From: a virus
Taxonomy: Duplodnaviria > Heunggongvirae > Uroviricota > Caudoviricetes
Length of the DNA stretch: 49,579 bases
Direction: 5' to 3' (one strand)
IMG/VR virus record: IMGVR_UViG_3300021354_000001
Location: 64,067 to 113,645 of that record
This document shows, piece after piece, positions 35,634-44,371 of this stretch; the stretch's first letter is position 1, and each line of letters starts with the position of its first letter. Position numbers and translations under genes: made by a program. Below the pieces are notes generated by a model. The model saw only the letters and a list, made by a program, of their open reading frames with translations, was not told the DNA's origin and ran no database searches.

Positions 35634-36377
35634 TTATAAGTTTAAATATGTCTTTAATAAATCTACATAGTCTATCTTCCAACAAGGATTTAATTGAACA
35701 TCTCCTGTAGGAATATTTCCTTTACTTCTTTCTCTTTCAATATGAGCACTGTGTCTTTGTATAGCATTGAGTTTTCCAGAATGATCTGTACCTTCACCAC
35801 TCATATGATAACCTCTACCTCCCCACATATAGAACCAACTTGCTTCTTCTTTAGGAGGTTTAGCAAACAGTCTTCCTCCATATGCATTAATGCGTTCAAT
35901 GAATGTCATATCATATCCAGCATTCTCAAGAGGATGTCCTCCTATAGCTTTCCAAGCTGACTTTCTAAACACAATACCAGAGTTACCTATCCAACCAACC
36001 TGTTCAATACCTGTAACATGACATAACACTCCTGTTTCCCAATGAATAATATTCACCTTATCAGTCATGTATTTAGCTACATTTTTTAAATGGTGTGGTA
36101 GAGCTACATCATCATCATCCCATTGACATATTATATCTCCTTGGCATAATTCTGTTGCATAGTTTTCCTTTTCACCTATAGTATCAAATGTTTTGTCTAG
36201 GTTAAATATCTTAATTTGAGGATGATCAAATACAAGAGTTTGTAAAGGATAATCATTAACTATTATAAGCTCACATCTATCTGCAGGATAGTCTTGCTTG
36301 AGGAAAGATTCAACACTCTCCTCAAGCGTAACTATTCTACCATAGGTTATACATTTACATGATATAAATGGATACAT
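35634..36377 (-). CDS. GT2-family glycosyltransferase
   Basis: TYGR..LEE..SFLKQDY, ELIIVND, WDDDD motif; ATG at 36377 preferred. Confidence 0.85.
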   Translation of the reverse strand: MYPFISCKCITYGRIVTLEESVESFLKQDYPADRCELIIVNDYPLQTLVFDHPQIKIFNLDKTFDTIGEKENYATELCQGDIICQWDDDDVALPHHLKNVAKYMTDKVNIIHWETGVLCHVTGIEQVGWIGNSGIVFRKSAWKAIGGHPLENAGYDMTFIERINAYGGRLFAKPPKEEASWFYMWGGRGYHMSGEGTDHSGKLNAIQRHSAHIERERSKGNIPTGDVQLNPCWKIDYVDLLKTYLNL

Positions 36378-36378
36378 A

Positions 36379-36642
36379 TTAATTGATTGCTCTAAATTTA
36401 ATAATGTCATCACCCTCTAGTGTAATCTCTGATTGATACACCTTACGTTCTCTCTTATATCCCTTCATCTTATTAGTCTTAGGATCAATTTCTGGAACAT
36501 TTTCACTACGCTCATGCATATCATCTAATAGGATTAAAAGACTGTTGTCTTCCATTTCTACAGACCTAATCACTTTGTTTAGATTAAAGCTATCTGTATA
36601 GCTTTTGTCATCTGTCTTTCTTGTGTAAAAGAATTGGCTCAT
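36379..36642 (-). CDS. Hypothetical protein
   Basis: ORF packed within the - strand operon. Confidence 0.6.
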   Translation of the reverse strand: MSQFFYTRKTDDKSYTDSFNLNKVIRSVEMEDNSLLILLDDMHERSENVPEIDPKTNKMKGYKRERKVYQSEITLEGDDIIKFRAIN

Positions 36643-37076
36643 TTTATTTTGTTTATTTGGTTATAAAATCCTTCTGAGAGATATTGCATTTCATATGCAT
36701 ACACTTCTTCTGTAGTGTCATTAAATGGTACACCAGCCCAATGCATTATATCAATTGTAGCATGTAAAAGCTCATGATTAATAACAGATATATTAGCATT
36801 ATATGGAATCCATATAATAGGAGATTTACCATCTATTGTAGTGAATGTAGTGGCTCTAGAATCAAATGCTTCTGATATAATTGTACTATCTAGATTCTCT
36901 CTAACATATCTAAGAGCAAATGCTGTATCATCTGTAACAATCACTTTTACGTTAAGATCAAATGTACCACTATTGATTGTAATCAATTGATATCTAGTAC
37001 CTAATCCACTATTTTTACAAGAACATATTCCTATTATTCCTGCAATTACAAATAGTAATTTAAATTTATTTACCAT
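36639..37076 (-). CDS. Lipoprotein with HExxH zinc-peptidase motif
   Basis: Signal peptide ending IGICSC; NHELLH and downstream EEVYAY. Confidence 0.6.
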   Translation of the reverse strand: MVNKFKLLFVIAGIIGICSCKNSGLGTRYQLITINSGTFDLNVKVIVTDDTAFALRYVRENLDSTIISEAFDSRATTFTTIDGKSPIIWIPYNANISVINHELLHATIDIMHWAGVPFNDTTEEVYAYEMQYLSEGFYNQINKIK

Positions 37077-37719
37077 ATTCTAGTTCTAATATTTTACCTA
37101 CTAAATCAGATCTATGATTTTCTTTAAGCTTAATCCATTTAACTTCTTCTAGTTTTTTAGAAAGCTCAATAGCATAAGATAGTCCATTCATACCATGAGT
37201 GCTAATATCAGTTTGTTCATTATCGCCATTGATAATAATCTTACCTGTCTTACCTAACCTAGTTAGAATAGCAAGCATTTCAGCTTTAGATAAATTCTGG
37301 GCTTCTTCTACAATAAGAAGATCATCCACTGTCTTACCCCTGATAAACTGTACAGGATACGCTAGAATTTTCTTCTCAGCTACAAGTTCCTCCACCTTTA
37401 ACTTCTCATGGCATTTAATTAGGTTTTCCATAAAAGCTTCTAAATAAGGATTAAACTTGTCCTCTAAAGCCCCAGGTAAAAATCCCATAGAATTACCCAC
37501 TTCTATAGTGGCTCTAGTAACAAACACCTTGTCACATTCTTTTTTAAACAAAAAGTCTAAAGCACACTGAGCTGAGACTAAAGATTTACCACATCCAGCT
37601 CTACCTGTTATAACTACTATTTGATTCTCTCTAATAAGCCTTTTAGCTTCTTTTTGTTCATCATTTAATTGTAACTTATACTTGATATCATTTTTACGTT
37701 CTCTATTGGGTTCTTTCAT
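37066..37719 (-). CDS. phoH: PhoH-family ATPase
   Basis: GRAGCGKS Walker A, GFLPG, FIRGKT, IVEEAQN, LTRLG, GD..QTD, HRS. Confidence 0.93.
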   Translation of the reverse strand: MKEPNRERKNDIKYKLQLNDEQKEAKRLIRENQIVVITGRAGCGKSLVSAQCALDFLFKKECDKVFVTRATIEVGNSMGFLPGALEDKFNPYLEAFMENLIKCHEKLKVEELVAEKKILAYPVQFIRGKTVDDLLIVEEAQNLSKAEMLAILTRLGKTGKIIINGDNEQTDISTHGMNGLSYAIELSKKLEEVKWIKLKENHRSDLVGKILELEYGK

Positions 37720-38110
37720 ATTTCTTTTTTAAATATTCACGTCTTTTATTTATTTCATCATACTTGTATATATCACTTTCCACATTAGTGTGTTCATCCA
37801 GTGTCAAAAGTATGATATTTTCCTCATCTAATTTAGCTTGAGGGTATTTTTCTTTAGGAAGAATATGATGAAAGAATGTAGATAGAGGTTCTTTTCCTAA
37901 ATGGTCTCCACTAACCTCAGACTTATGCGTTCTTTCTTTCCATATAGATAGAAAGAAATCTTGCATCTGTTGAATACTCTCAATATTTTGGGCAGACTTA
38001 TTTGGAATAATCAACATTTTAGTCTGAGCTAGTGGTTTCCTGGTTTTATGGATAAAACAATGGGTTCCTTCACAATTTTTACCACAGGTTAAACATTTAC
38101 TTTTAGCCAT
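37703..38110 (-). CDS. Zn-finger + degenerate HNH (NinG-like) protein
   Basis: CxxC..C..C..H N-terminus; HHILPK..NIILLT..EH. Confidence 0.5.
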   Translation of the reverse strand: MAKSKCLTCGKNCEGTHCFIHKTRKPLAQTKMLIIPNKSAQNIESIQQMQDFFLSIWKERTHKSEVSGDHLGKEPLSTFFHHILPKEKYPQAKLDEENIILLTLDEHTNVESDIYKYDEINKRREYLKKKYERTQ

Positions 38111-38490
38111 TATTTAACTCCTGAATAGTGATACAAGCAAGTTCTGTCTCTATTAATCAACTTAGCTGCTTTGCGAATATTAATTTTATTATATAGTATT
38201 AAAGAAGAATATTCCATTACAGCTTTTTTCTCTTTATCATACTCACTGTATTGTAATCTATGTTTTCTATCTCGTATTATATTAATATCAGCTTTATGTT
38301 TTGTTACACATTCATCAAGTAGCTGTTGTGGATCCAAAGGTCTTCTATCATCTTCACCTCTCACTATTATACCTCTCTCATATCTAGGTAGGCCCTTCAT
38401 AGCCATCCAATCAATATGTAACTTCTTATCATATAGAGCTAAGAACTCACGTTGGTATTCTTTAATCTTTGTTAATTCTACTGAATCCAT
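38110..38490 (-). CDS. Hypothetical protein with DnaA-C-terminal-like HTH
   Basis: AAKLINRDRTCLYHY resembles the RDHxTVxH helix. Confidence 0.45.
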   Translation of the reverse strand: MDSVELTKIKEYQREFLALYDKKLHIDWMAMKGLPRYERGIIVRGEDDRRPLDPQQLLDECVTKHKADINIIRDRKHRLQYSEYDKEKKAVMEYSSLILYNKINIRKAAKLINRDRTCLYHYSGVK

Positions 38491-38708
38491 TATTTGATTT
38501 TTTCATAATATGTATATCCCACTCTAGTGTTATACATATCAATTAGGAAATTAATGTCTTTCTTCCATTCCTTATACTCTTTAGTACGTTTGTTTGCAGG
38601 AGTTATTGAATCAAGTCTCTTGATTTCTTCTCTTACATCAGGAAGGTTAACATATTGTTTTTTAAAAAGCTTTATATCAGCTTCTGTAACATTTGATATT
38701 ATACTCAT
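38490..38708 (-). CDS. Hypothetical protein
   Basis: ORF packed within the operon. Confidence 0.55.
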   Translation of the reverse strand: MSIISNVTEADIKLFKKQYVNLPDVREEIKRLDSITPANKRTKEYKEWKKDINFLIDMYNTRVGYTYYEKIK

Positions 38709-38713
38709 AGCAT

Positions 38714-39154
38714 TTATTTGATTCCTGTACTACCAAATCCACCAGTTCCTCTAGTGCTATTTGATAATTCATCTGTTTCTACAAATTTAACACTCATCAC
38801 TTCTTCAAAATATATCTGTGCCACTCTATCACCTACACCATAAGGAAGAGGATTACTAGTCATATCTTCTTTCAAAGATGATAGTATTATCATCCATTCA
38901 CCACGATAGTCACTATCAATAACACCAAAGCTATTATTCATAACCCATTCATGTTTTGTTAGATTGCTTCTGGGAACAATGATTCCTTTATATCCTTCAG
39001 GGATTTCTGTAGAGAACCCTAGTCCTATACAAATTTTGTTAGGACTAGGAAATGTTATACTATGAGCATATACATCATAACATGCTGCATTTTCAGAACC
39101 TTTTACAGGCATTAATGTATTATATTCCTTCTTCTTAAATTTCACTAATAACAT
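38714..39154 (-). CDS. dut: Trimeric dUTPase
   Basis: AACYDV, PRSN, GVIDSDYRGE, GDRVAQ, RGTGGFGSTG. Confidence 0.95.
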   Translation of the reverse strand: MLLVKFKKKEYNTLMPVKGSENAACYDVYAHSITFPSPNKICIGLGFSTEIPEGYKGIIVPRSNLTKHEWVMNNSFGVIDSDYRGEWMIILSSLKEDMTSNPLPYGVGDRVAQIYFEEVMSVKFVETDELSNSTRGTGGFGSTGIK

Positions 39155-40172
39155 CTTCTTCAATTTTGATTTCAGTTTTATTAATTTTGTTTATAATTTG
39201 CTCTTTAACAGAAGCATAGAATTCTTCATTATCCATTAACATTGCTTTGAACTCTTCAAGATCATATTTAATCTCATTAAAAGTGAATGTTTTACCATAC
39301 TTTCTACCAAGTTCAAAATCATTTAAAAGATCCATGATTTCCTTTAGTTTATCAATACCTACACCATAAACAATTTCAAATTGTGTTAATCTATAAGGAG
39401 CAGACATTTTGTTCTTAGTACATTTCACCTTAGTGATGTTACCATATTGAACATCTCCTTCTTTAGCTGCAGATTTACTCACCTCAATTCTTACATCACT
39501 GTAAAACTTAAGAGCATGTCCTCCTTGTGTAGTGGTTGGATTACCAAACATCATACCTATCTTCTCACGATATTGACTAACAACAATAACACAAACATTG
39601 TGTTCTGATAGAGCACTCTTTAATTTTGGATAGGCATTACTATTTAACAATGCTTTCTTACCAATTGAGCTATCACCAACATCACCATCTAACACCTTCT
39701 TAGGAATCAATGATGAATCTGAATCAATGATAACAAGATCAATGTCTCCTGTGTTAATCATATCCATAGCAACCTGGAAACCTTCCTCACCACAACTTGG
39801 TTGAGCAATTAACATTTTAGATGTATCAACACCAATAGCCTCAAAATACTTTTTGTCTACAGCATGCTCACCATCAATGTATAACACTGTTCCACCCTTC
39901 TTTTGGCACTCAGCAACAGCATGTCCACATATTGTAGACTTACCTGAACCTTCCCAGCCCATCAACTCATAGAGCTTACCCTTAACAAACCCACCAACAC
40001 CAAGTGTAATACTATCAAAGCCTACACTACCAGTGGAAATTAAATCATAATTACCATTTGATTTACTGTCTAATGTAAGAACAGTTCCTTCACCATAAGC
40101 TTTATTTAGCTTATCTAGTGCATCTTGAAATTTAGAGATTGAGCCCTCTTGAGCCTTAGCTGCTTTTGCCAT
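39135..40172 (-). CDS. recA: RecA-family recombinase
   Basis: GWEGSGKST, YIDGEHA, SQYREKIGMMFGNPTTTQGGHALKFYSDVRI, KNKMSAP. Confidence 0.95.
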   Translation of the reverse strand: MAKAAKAQEGSISKFQDALDKLNKAYGEGTVLTLDSKSNGNYDLISTGSVGFDSITLGVGGFVKGKLYELMGWEGSGKSTICGHAVAECQKKGGTVLYIDGEHAVDKKYFEAIGVDTSKMLIAQPSCGEEGFQVAMDMINTGDIDLVIIDSDSSLIPKKVLDGDVGDSSIGKKALLNSNAYPKLKSALSEHNVCVIVVSQYREKIGMMFGNPTTTQGGHALKFYSDVRIEVSKSAAKEGDVQYGNITKVKCTKNKMSAPYRLTQFEIVYGVGIDKLKEIMDLLNDFELGRKYGKTFTFNEIKYDLEEFKAMLMDNEEFYASVKEQIINKINKTEIKIEEDVISEI

Positions 40173-40193
40173 ATTTAATTGTTTTTGTGTTTA

Positions 40194-40201
40194 CAAATAT
40201 A
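40194..40201 (-). promoter_or_regulatory. -7 element TATATTTG upstream of recA
   Basis: CAAATATA on the + strand, 22 nt before the ATG; -33 element not evident. Confidence 0.55.
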
Positions 40202-40250
40202 CTAATTTTTCTGTGAATATTGACATCTTTTCTACATTACTTTATGAAAT

Positions 40251-40282
40251 AAAAAACCCCAGAATAGATATTCCAGGGTTTT
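40251..40282 (-). terminator. Intrinsic terminator after the HNH gene
   Basis: AAAACCC..GAATA/TATTC..GGGTTTT stem with a U tract on the - strand. Confidence 0.65.
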
Positions 40283-40328
40283 GACAAATCACAATTAAAA
40301 TGAAAGAAAACAAACGAACACACAAATA

Positions 40329-40838
40329 TTATACTATTTCACATGCACCTATCAACTTGCACACATTTATGAAATAAGTTTGATCAAAATTATTTTTCAT
40401 TCTGTTAACATCTTTATGAACAAGTTGAACATTATCTAGAGTATACTCTTTTAAACTATCTATTCTATCTATAGAACAAGTATGACCTTTACCATCATCA
40501 CAAAATCCTATAGTTACTCTTGAGAGTGCACATTTTTTATTTTGTTTTATCCAAAGAGCATGTATATCTTGAATAGTTATATCTCCAGTTCTTTTGTTAT
40601 TAGTTCTTTTGTTAGCTCTCTTAAAATATTTACTAAACCAACCATATGGAATTTCTTCATATCCTTTCCATTGACTGTTGTTTTCTTTTTTAGTATTTCT
40701 TTTAGAGCTTTTATTAGCTATTACACTTCTACAAGATTTACACATACCATTTCTATTCTTAGCTGTCCAATAAGATTTATAACTCTGATACTCAATCTCA
40801 ACACTACATATTCTGCAGGTATGTTTATACGTTTTCAT
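40329..40838 (-). CDS. Free-standing HNH-type endonuclease with Zn-finger N-terminus
   Basis: CxxC..CxxC; CAL..SIDRIDS..Y..DNVQLVHKDVN.MK. Confidence 0.8.
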   Translation of the reverse strand: MKTYKHTCRICSVEIEYQSYKSYWTAKNRNGMCKSCRSVIANKSSKRNTKKENNSQWKGYEEIPYGWFSKYFKRANKRTNNKRTGDITIQDIHALWIKQNKKCALSRVTIGFCDDGKGHTCSIDRIDSLKEYTLDNVQLVHKDVNRMKNNFDQTYFINVCKLIGACEIV

Positions 40839-40843
40839 ACCTG

Positions 40844-40874
40844 CAAATATATGTATAATGTTTATATCTTCAAA
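40844..40874 (-). promoter_or_regulatory. Bacteroidota-type promoter for the HNH gene
   Basis: TTTG 40874-40871 and TATATTTG 40851-40844. Confidence 0.65.
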
Positions 40875-40911
40875 GGAAGATATGTTAATAAATTGTTAAC
40901 CTTTGAAGATA

Positions 40912-42858
40912 TTACTCAATTGAGCATTGCCCACCAGCACATGCTTGTATAGAACCAAAATCTACATAATCATCTACTTCAGAAACTTTAGTTAAGTCAA
41001 TTGAAGTTAATGAATTGATTCTTCTTTCGTATTCTTCTTTAGTGATATCAAAGAAAGGTGGTTGTACGTAAGAACCTCCATCATAGTTCAAAACTGACAA
41101 ACCGTTGTACACATTTCTATTCTCCCACATCCATTCTCCTACAACTTCCCATTCATCTAAAGAGTCCTCTAAAAATTCCTCTATTATAGGATTTGAATGG
41201 TTATCTATAATAACATCAGTCTTAAATACAGAAGGATAAGTTCTATTCTTATCAATAGAAATTGTAGCACTTACATTATGTGTATTAGCACCATCAGTGT
41301 GTCCTGGAATGATCCATTCTTTAGAGAACTTCTTAACACGCTCAAGTGTATCAATTGCTGATTCAGTTCTGAATATACTTCCTTCTGGAGCTTTAACAGG
41401 AATACGTACACATAATGTATCTTTTGGACGTAGAATATCATCTTCACATAGTTCAGGATGATTTATCTCTAGATACATAGCTATGTCTTCATTCTTATTA
41501 AAACGCATAGTTCTTAAATAATAAGGAGCATGCCACGCATGAATACCACTTGCTGTTCCTAACACCAATGATGTTGTACCAGAAGGTTTAATACATGTAA
41601 GTCTAGCAGCTTCATTAGTTCCTATTATAGCAGATATATCACTATTAACTGTTTTAGCTGTATGTGCCACTAGTTCTAGGTTGTATTTAAGAATTTCTCC
41701 ACTTCCTATACCAGTCATACCAATTCCCAATAAAGCGTCTTTAGCAGTGGTCTTAGACCATATAGGACGTAAGTAGTGGAAATCATAGAAACCTGCCTGT
41801 AATGTACCAAAGAATGATGCTACAGCCACTCTATCGTTAAGATCTGACTGATCTACCAAATCTGACACATTTAGCTCGCACAGATTACAGAATTGAAAAG
41901 GTCTTAAGCCTATTTCACAACAAGGATTAGTTCCCCAATCTTTATCATTTGTCCAATAGATTCCTGGTTCTCCAGATCCACTAGCCTCAATTCTTTTCCA
42001 TAGAGCTTTAAACTCTTCTTCTCCTACAGAACCTCTTTCTAAAACAGCACTATTATTACTTCTACCTCTTTGTTCATTTAGTTCCCACCATGCTCCATAT
42101 TTGCATGTAATCATTTCCTCATCATCATGACTGAACAAACTAATCATTGCACTTCTTCTAATACCACCTGCAAGAACAGAATTAGCTATATGACACATAA
42201 TATCATGAGCTTCTAAAGAAGATAGTTTACTACCATCTTCTTTTCTTTCCATAATAGCATCAATATGACTTAACGCAATCTTTAATGGTTCTGGTCCAGG
42301 TGCTTTACCACCAGCTGTTACTAATCTAGCTCCTTTATGACGAATAGATCTAAAATCAAACTTAGGCTTAAATCCTCCTTCAAAATAAAACTTCATTAAC
42401 ATCTTAACTGAATCAGCCCATCCCATGATAGAATCCTCAATTAAATAATTACGCTGTTTATATGTTTGTTGTTTCTTAATAGCTGGTAATTGCTCTACAT
42501 GATGCTTTTGTACAGAAAATCCTACACCAGATCCACCTAATAATAAAAACATAGTCTCACTGAAACTATACAAGCTATCAACAGGTAGGTAAGCACAGTT
42601 ATAACCTCTTGCATTATTCACTTCCATAGCTGGTCCTGCAAACTGTAGAGCTCTCATAGATGGTAACACCTTCTTATCTCTGATAAACTTAGCACTTTCT
42701 ATTATTGCTTCTTCTAATTTAGGATATTTCTTGATCATCATTGCTTGATACCTGTCAACTATCTCATCCCAAGTTTCTCTTCGTTTAAGCTTTGGGTTGT
42801 ATTTAGCGTATTTGCTAAACACTGTAATTTTACTTAATGCTTCTAATCCTAAATCCAT
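40912..42858 (-). CDS. nrdJ: Class II (B12-dependent) ribonucleotide reductase, monomeric RTPR type
   Basis: PSMRAL, YNCA, GGIRRSA, TNPCCEI, CNL, KPSGTTS, C-terminal CAGGQC; ATG at 42858. Confidence 0.93.
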   Translation of the reverse strand: MDLGLEALSKITVFSKYAKYNPKLKRRETWDEIVDRYQAMMIKKYPKLEEAIIESAKFIRDKKVLPSMRALQFAGPAMEVNNARGYNCAYLPVDSLYSFSETMFLLLGGSGVGFSVQKHHVEQLPAIKKQQTYKQRNYLIEDSIMGWADSVKMLMKFYFEGGFKPKFDFRSIRHKGARLVTAGGKAPGPEPLKIALSHIDAIMERKEDGSKLSSLEAHDIMCHIANSVLAGGIRRSAMISLFSHDDEEMITCKYGAWWELNEQRGRSNNSAVLERGSVGEEEFKALWKRIEASGSGEPGIYWTNDKDWGTNPCCEIGLRPFQFCNLCELNVSDLVDQSDLNDRVAVASFFGTLQAGFYDFHYLRPIWSKTTAKDALLGIGMTGIGSGEILKYNLELVAHTAKTVNSDISAIIGTNEAARLTCIKPSGTTSLVLGTASGIHAWHAPYYLRTMRFNKNEDIAMYLEINHPELCEDDILRPKDTLCVRIPVKAPEGSIFRTESAIDTLERVKKFSKEWIIPGHTDGANTHNVSATISIDKNRTYPSVFKTDVIIDNHSNPIIEEFLEDSLDEWEVVGEWMWENRNVYNGLSVLNYDGGSYVQPPFFDITKEEYERRINSLTSIDLTKVSEVDDYVDFGSIQACAGGQCSIE

Positions 42859-42882
42859 GTGTTTTTGTTTAATTGTTATAAA

Positions 42883-42916
42883 TAAGGGGGCTGCAAAAGT
42901 AATGCATACCCCCTTA
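42883..42916 (-). promoter_or_regulatory. Hairpin containing a -7 promoter element (TACTTTTG, 42901-42894) upstream of nrdJ
   Basis: TAAGGGGG/CCCCCTTA outer stem, TGCA/TGCA inner stem. Confidence 0.6.
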
Positions 42917-42939
42917 CCATCCAAGAGAATTGAAAAATT

Positions 42940-43242
42940 CTAACTAACTAAATTTCTTATTTTTTCTCCTAGTTCTGCATTATTAGAATGCTGTTTAACC
43001 AAGTTGGTTATTTCTTTATTTAAGCTCATTAGCTTTTGTAAATAAAGAGTGGCATCCATTAATTCTTCCTGGAGATGTTTAAGATAGTTGTCATGATTAT
43101 TCTGTTCTAGTGTGGTACCATATTTAAGAATACCAACACCACTTCTCTGAGAATATTTTTCAATCACTTCTAACACTATTTGATCACTGTCTTGATTTTC
43201 CCACATTTTTACATTTGGATCTATATCATTATTGTATATCAT
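42940..43242 (-). CDS. Small all-alpha NTP-pyrophosphatase-like (MazG-like) phage protein
   Basis: G..KYGTTL..HLQEELMDATLY. Confidence 0.5.
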   Translation of the reverse strand: MIYNNDIDPNVKMWENQDSDQIVLEVIEKYSQRSGVGILKYGTTLEQNNHDNYLKHLQEELMDATLYLQKLMSLNKEITNLVKQHSNNAELGEKIRNLVS

Positions 43243-43616
43243 AACTTATCATTTAAAATTTTAAATGCTTCTGTTACAGCTGCTAATTCAGCTTCTTTTC
43301 TTGTATTGTATTTAATATATTCTGTATGCATCACATCTAGATTTCTAACAGTGTATGTAAATGTTACACTCTCTTCATGATCTAAAAGTATTTCTATATA
43401 CACTTCATGATTATCAAACACATCAAACAATCCCCTAGGAGCTGAATCTATAATAGCTCCTATTTTATCATTATCAATTCCTTGCTCTCTAACAAAATCT
43501 TTAAAATTATCTGGTAGATTATCATCATTTAATGATTCTAACATAAATTCTAAATAATAACGCTTGATAATAGCAGCTGATTTGTCATAAGTTTCTAATA
43601 ATTCTAAACTATTCAT
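43239..43616 (-). CDS. Hypothetical protein
   Basis: ORF packed within the operon. Confidence 0.6.
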   Translation of the reverse strand: MNSLELLETYDKSAAIIKRYYLEFMLESLNDDNLPDNFKDFVREQGIDNDKIGAIIDSAPRGLFDVFDNHEVYIEILLDHEESVTFTYTVRNLDVMHTEYIKYNTRKEAELAAVTEAFKILNDKL

Positions 43617-43822
43617 ACTTTTTCTTTTTTAAGGTTGATTACTCTTGTACCTTCTAATTTTTTACCATTTTCTTTCCACCAATCTCTCTCAAAATCAAAT
43701 TCATTCTCATTGTTGCTATCCATTAACAATGAATTCTTTACACTTTCCATTTGACAGAATATGATGGTGTTTTCTTCACCAAATTGTCTTATTAGCTCTG
43801 CTAATATTTCTTTGTTATACAT
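43613..43822 (-). CDS. Hypothetical protein
   Basis: ATG at 43822 (MYNKEILAEL) removes the long overlap with the upstream gene. Confidence 0.55.
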   Translation of the reverse strand: MYNKEILAELIRQFGEENTIIFCQMESVKNSLLMDSNNENEFDFERDWWKENGKKLEGTRVINLKKEKV

Positions 43823-44366
43823 GTTGTTTAATTTTATCAAGGTTAAGAATCTCATCTTCTTCAATAAAACCACCCCAGACTTCCATTTCATCATCAAAAT
43901 CCACACCAAGTCTTTCTTGCCAATATTCTTTCATATCAGCAGTTTTATTGAAAACTCTCCATTGTAAACTGATTTCATCTTTATGTAAACCATTTAATTT
44001 TAATTTAACAATCTTTGGAAATATTTCTTGAAACTTCTTAGAGGTTTTAGAATATTTACCTTGTTTTATTAACTCAATATCTGCTTTAAGTTTTTCATGA
44101 AGCTTGTATACAATTACAACAAAACCATCTTCATAATCATAATCATCCACTATAGACTTAGTTCTTTCATATTCTTCATCCAAAAAGTCTCTAAATTTAT
44201 CCAGATCTTTTGGTTTGAATAATAAATAAACACAACTGTCATATTGGACATCTTTTCTTTCATCTTTTACATATCCATTAATATATCCATTGTCCAACAA
44301 CTTTTCTCTTCCGATACTCAGTGTTGGTACAATAAATATACTAGTGATGGTCTTTTTTATATCCAT
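43815..44366 (-). CDS. Hypothetical phage protein
   Basis: 183-aa ORF in the replication operon. Confidence 0.65.
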   Translation of the reverse strand: MDIKKTITSIFIVPTLSIGREKLLDNGYINGYVKDERKDVQYDSCVYLLFKPKDLDKFRDFLDEEYERTKSIVDDYDYEDGFVVIVYKLHEKLKADIELIKQGKYSKTSKKFQEIFPKIVKLKLNGLHKDEISLQWRVFNKTADMKEYWQERLGVDFDDEMEVWGGFIEEDEILNLDKIKQHV

Positions 44367-44371
44367 TACAC

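Noticed and set aside
39135-42858. Inteins or group I introns in recA or nrdJ
   Set aside because: Both have normal length and contiguous motifs; the HNH between them is free-standing with its own promoter and terminator
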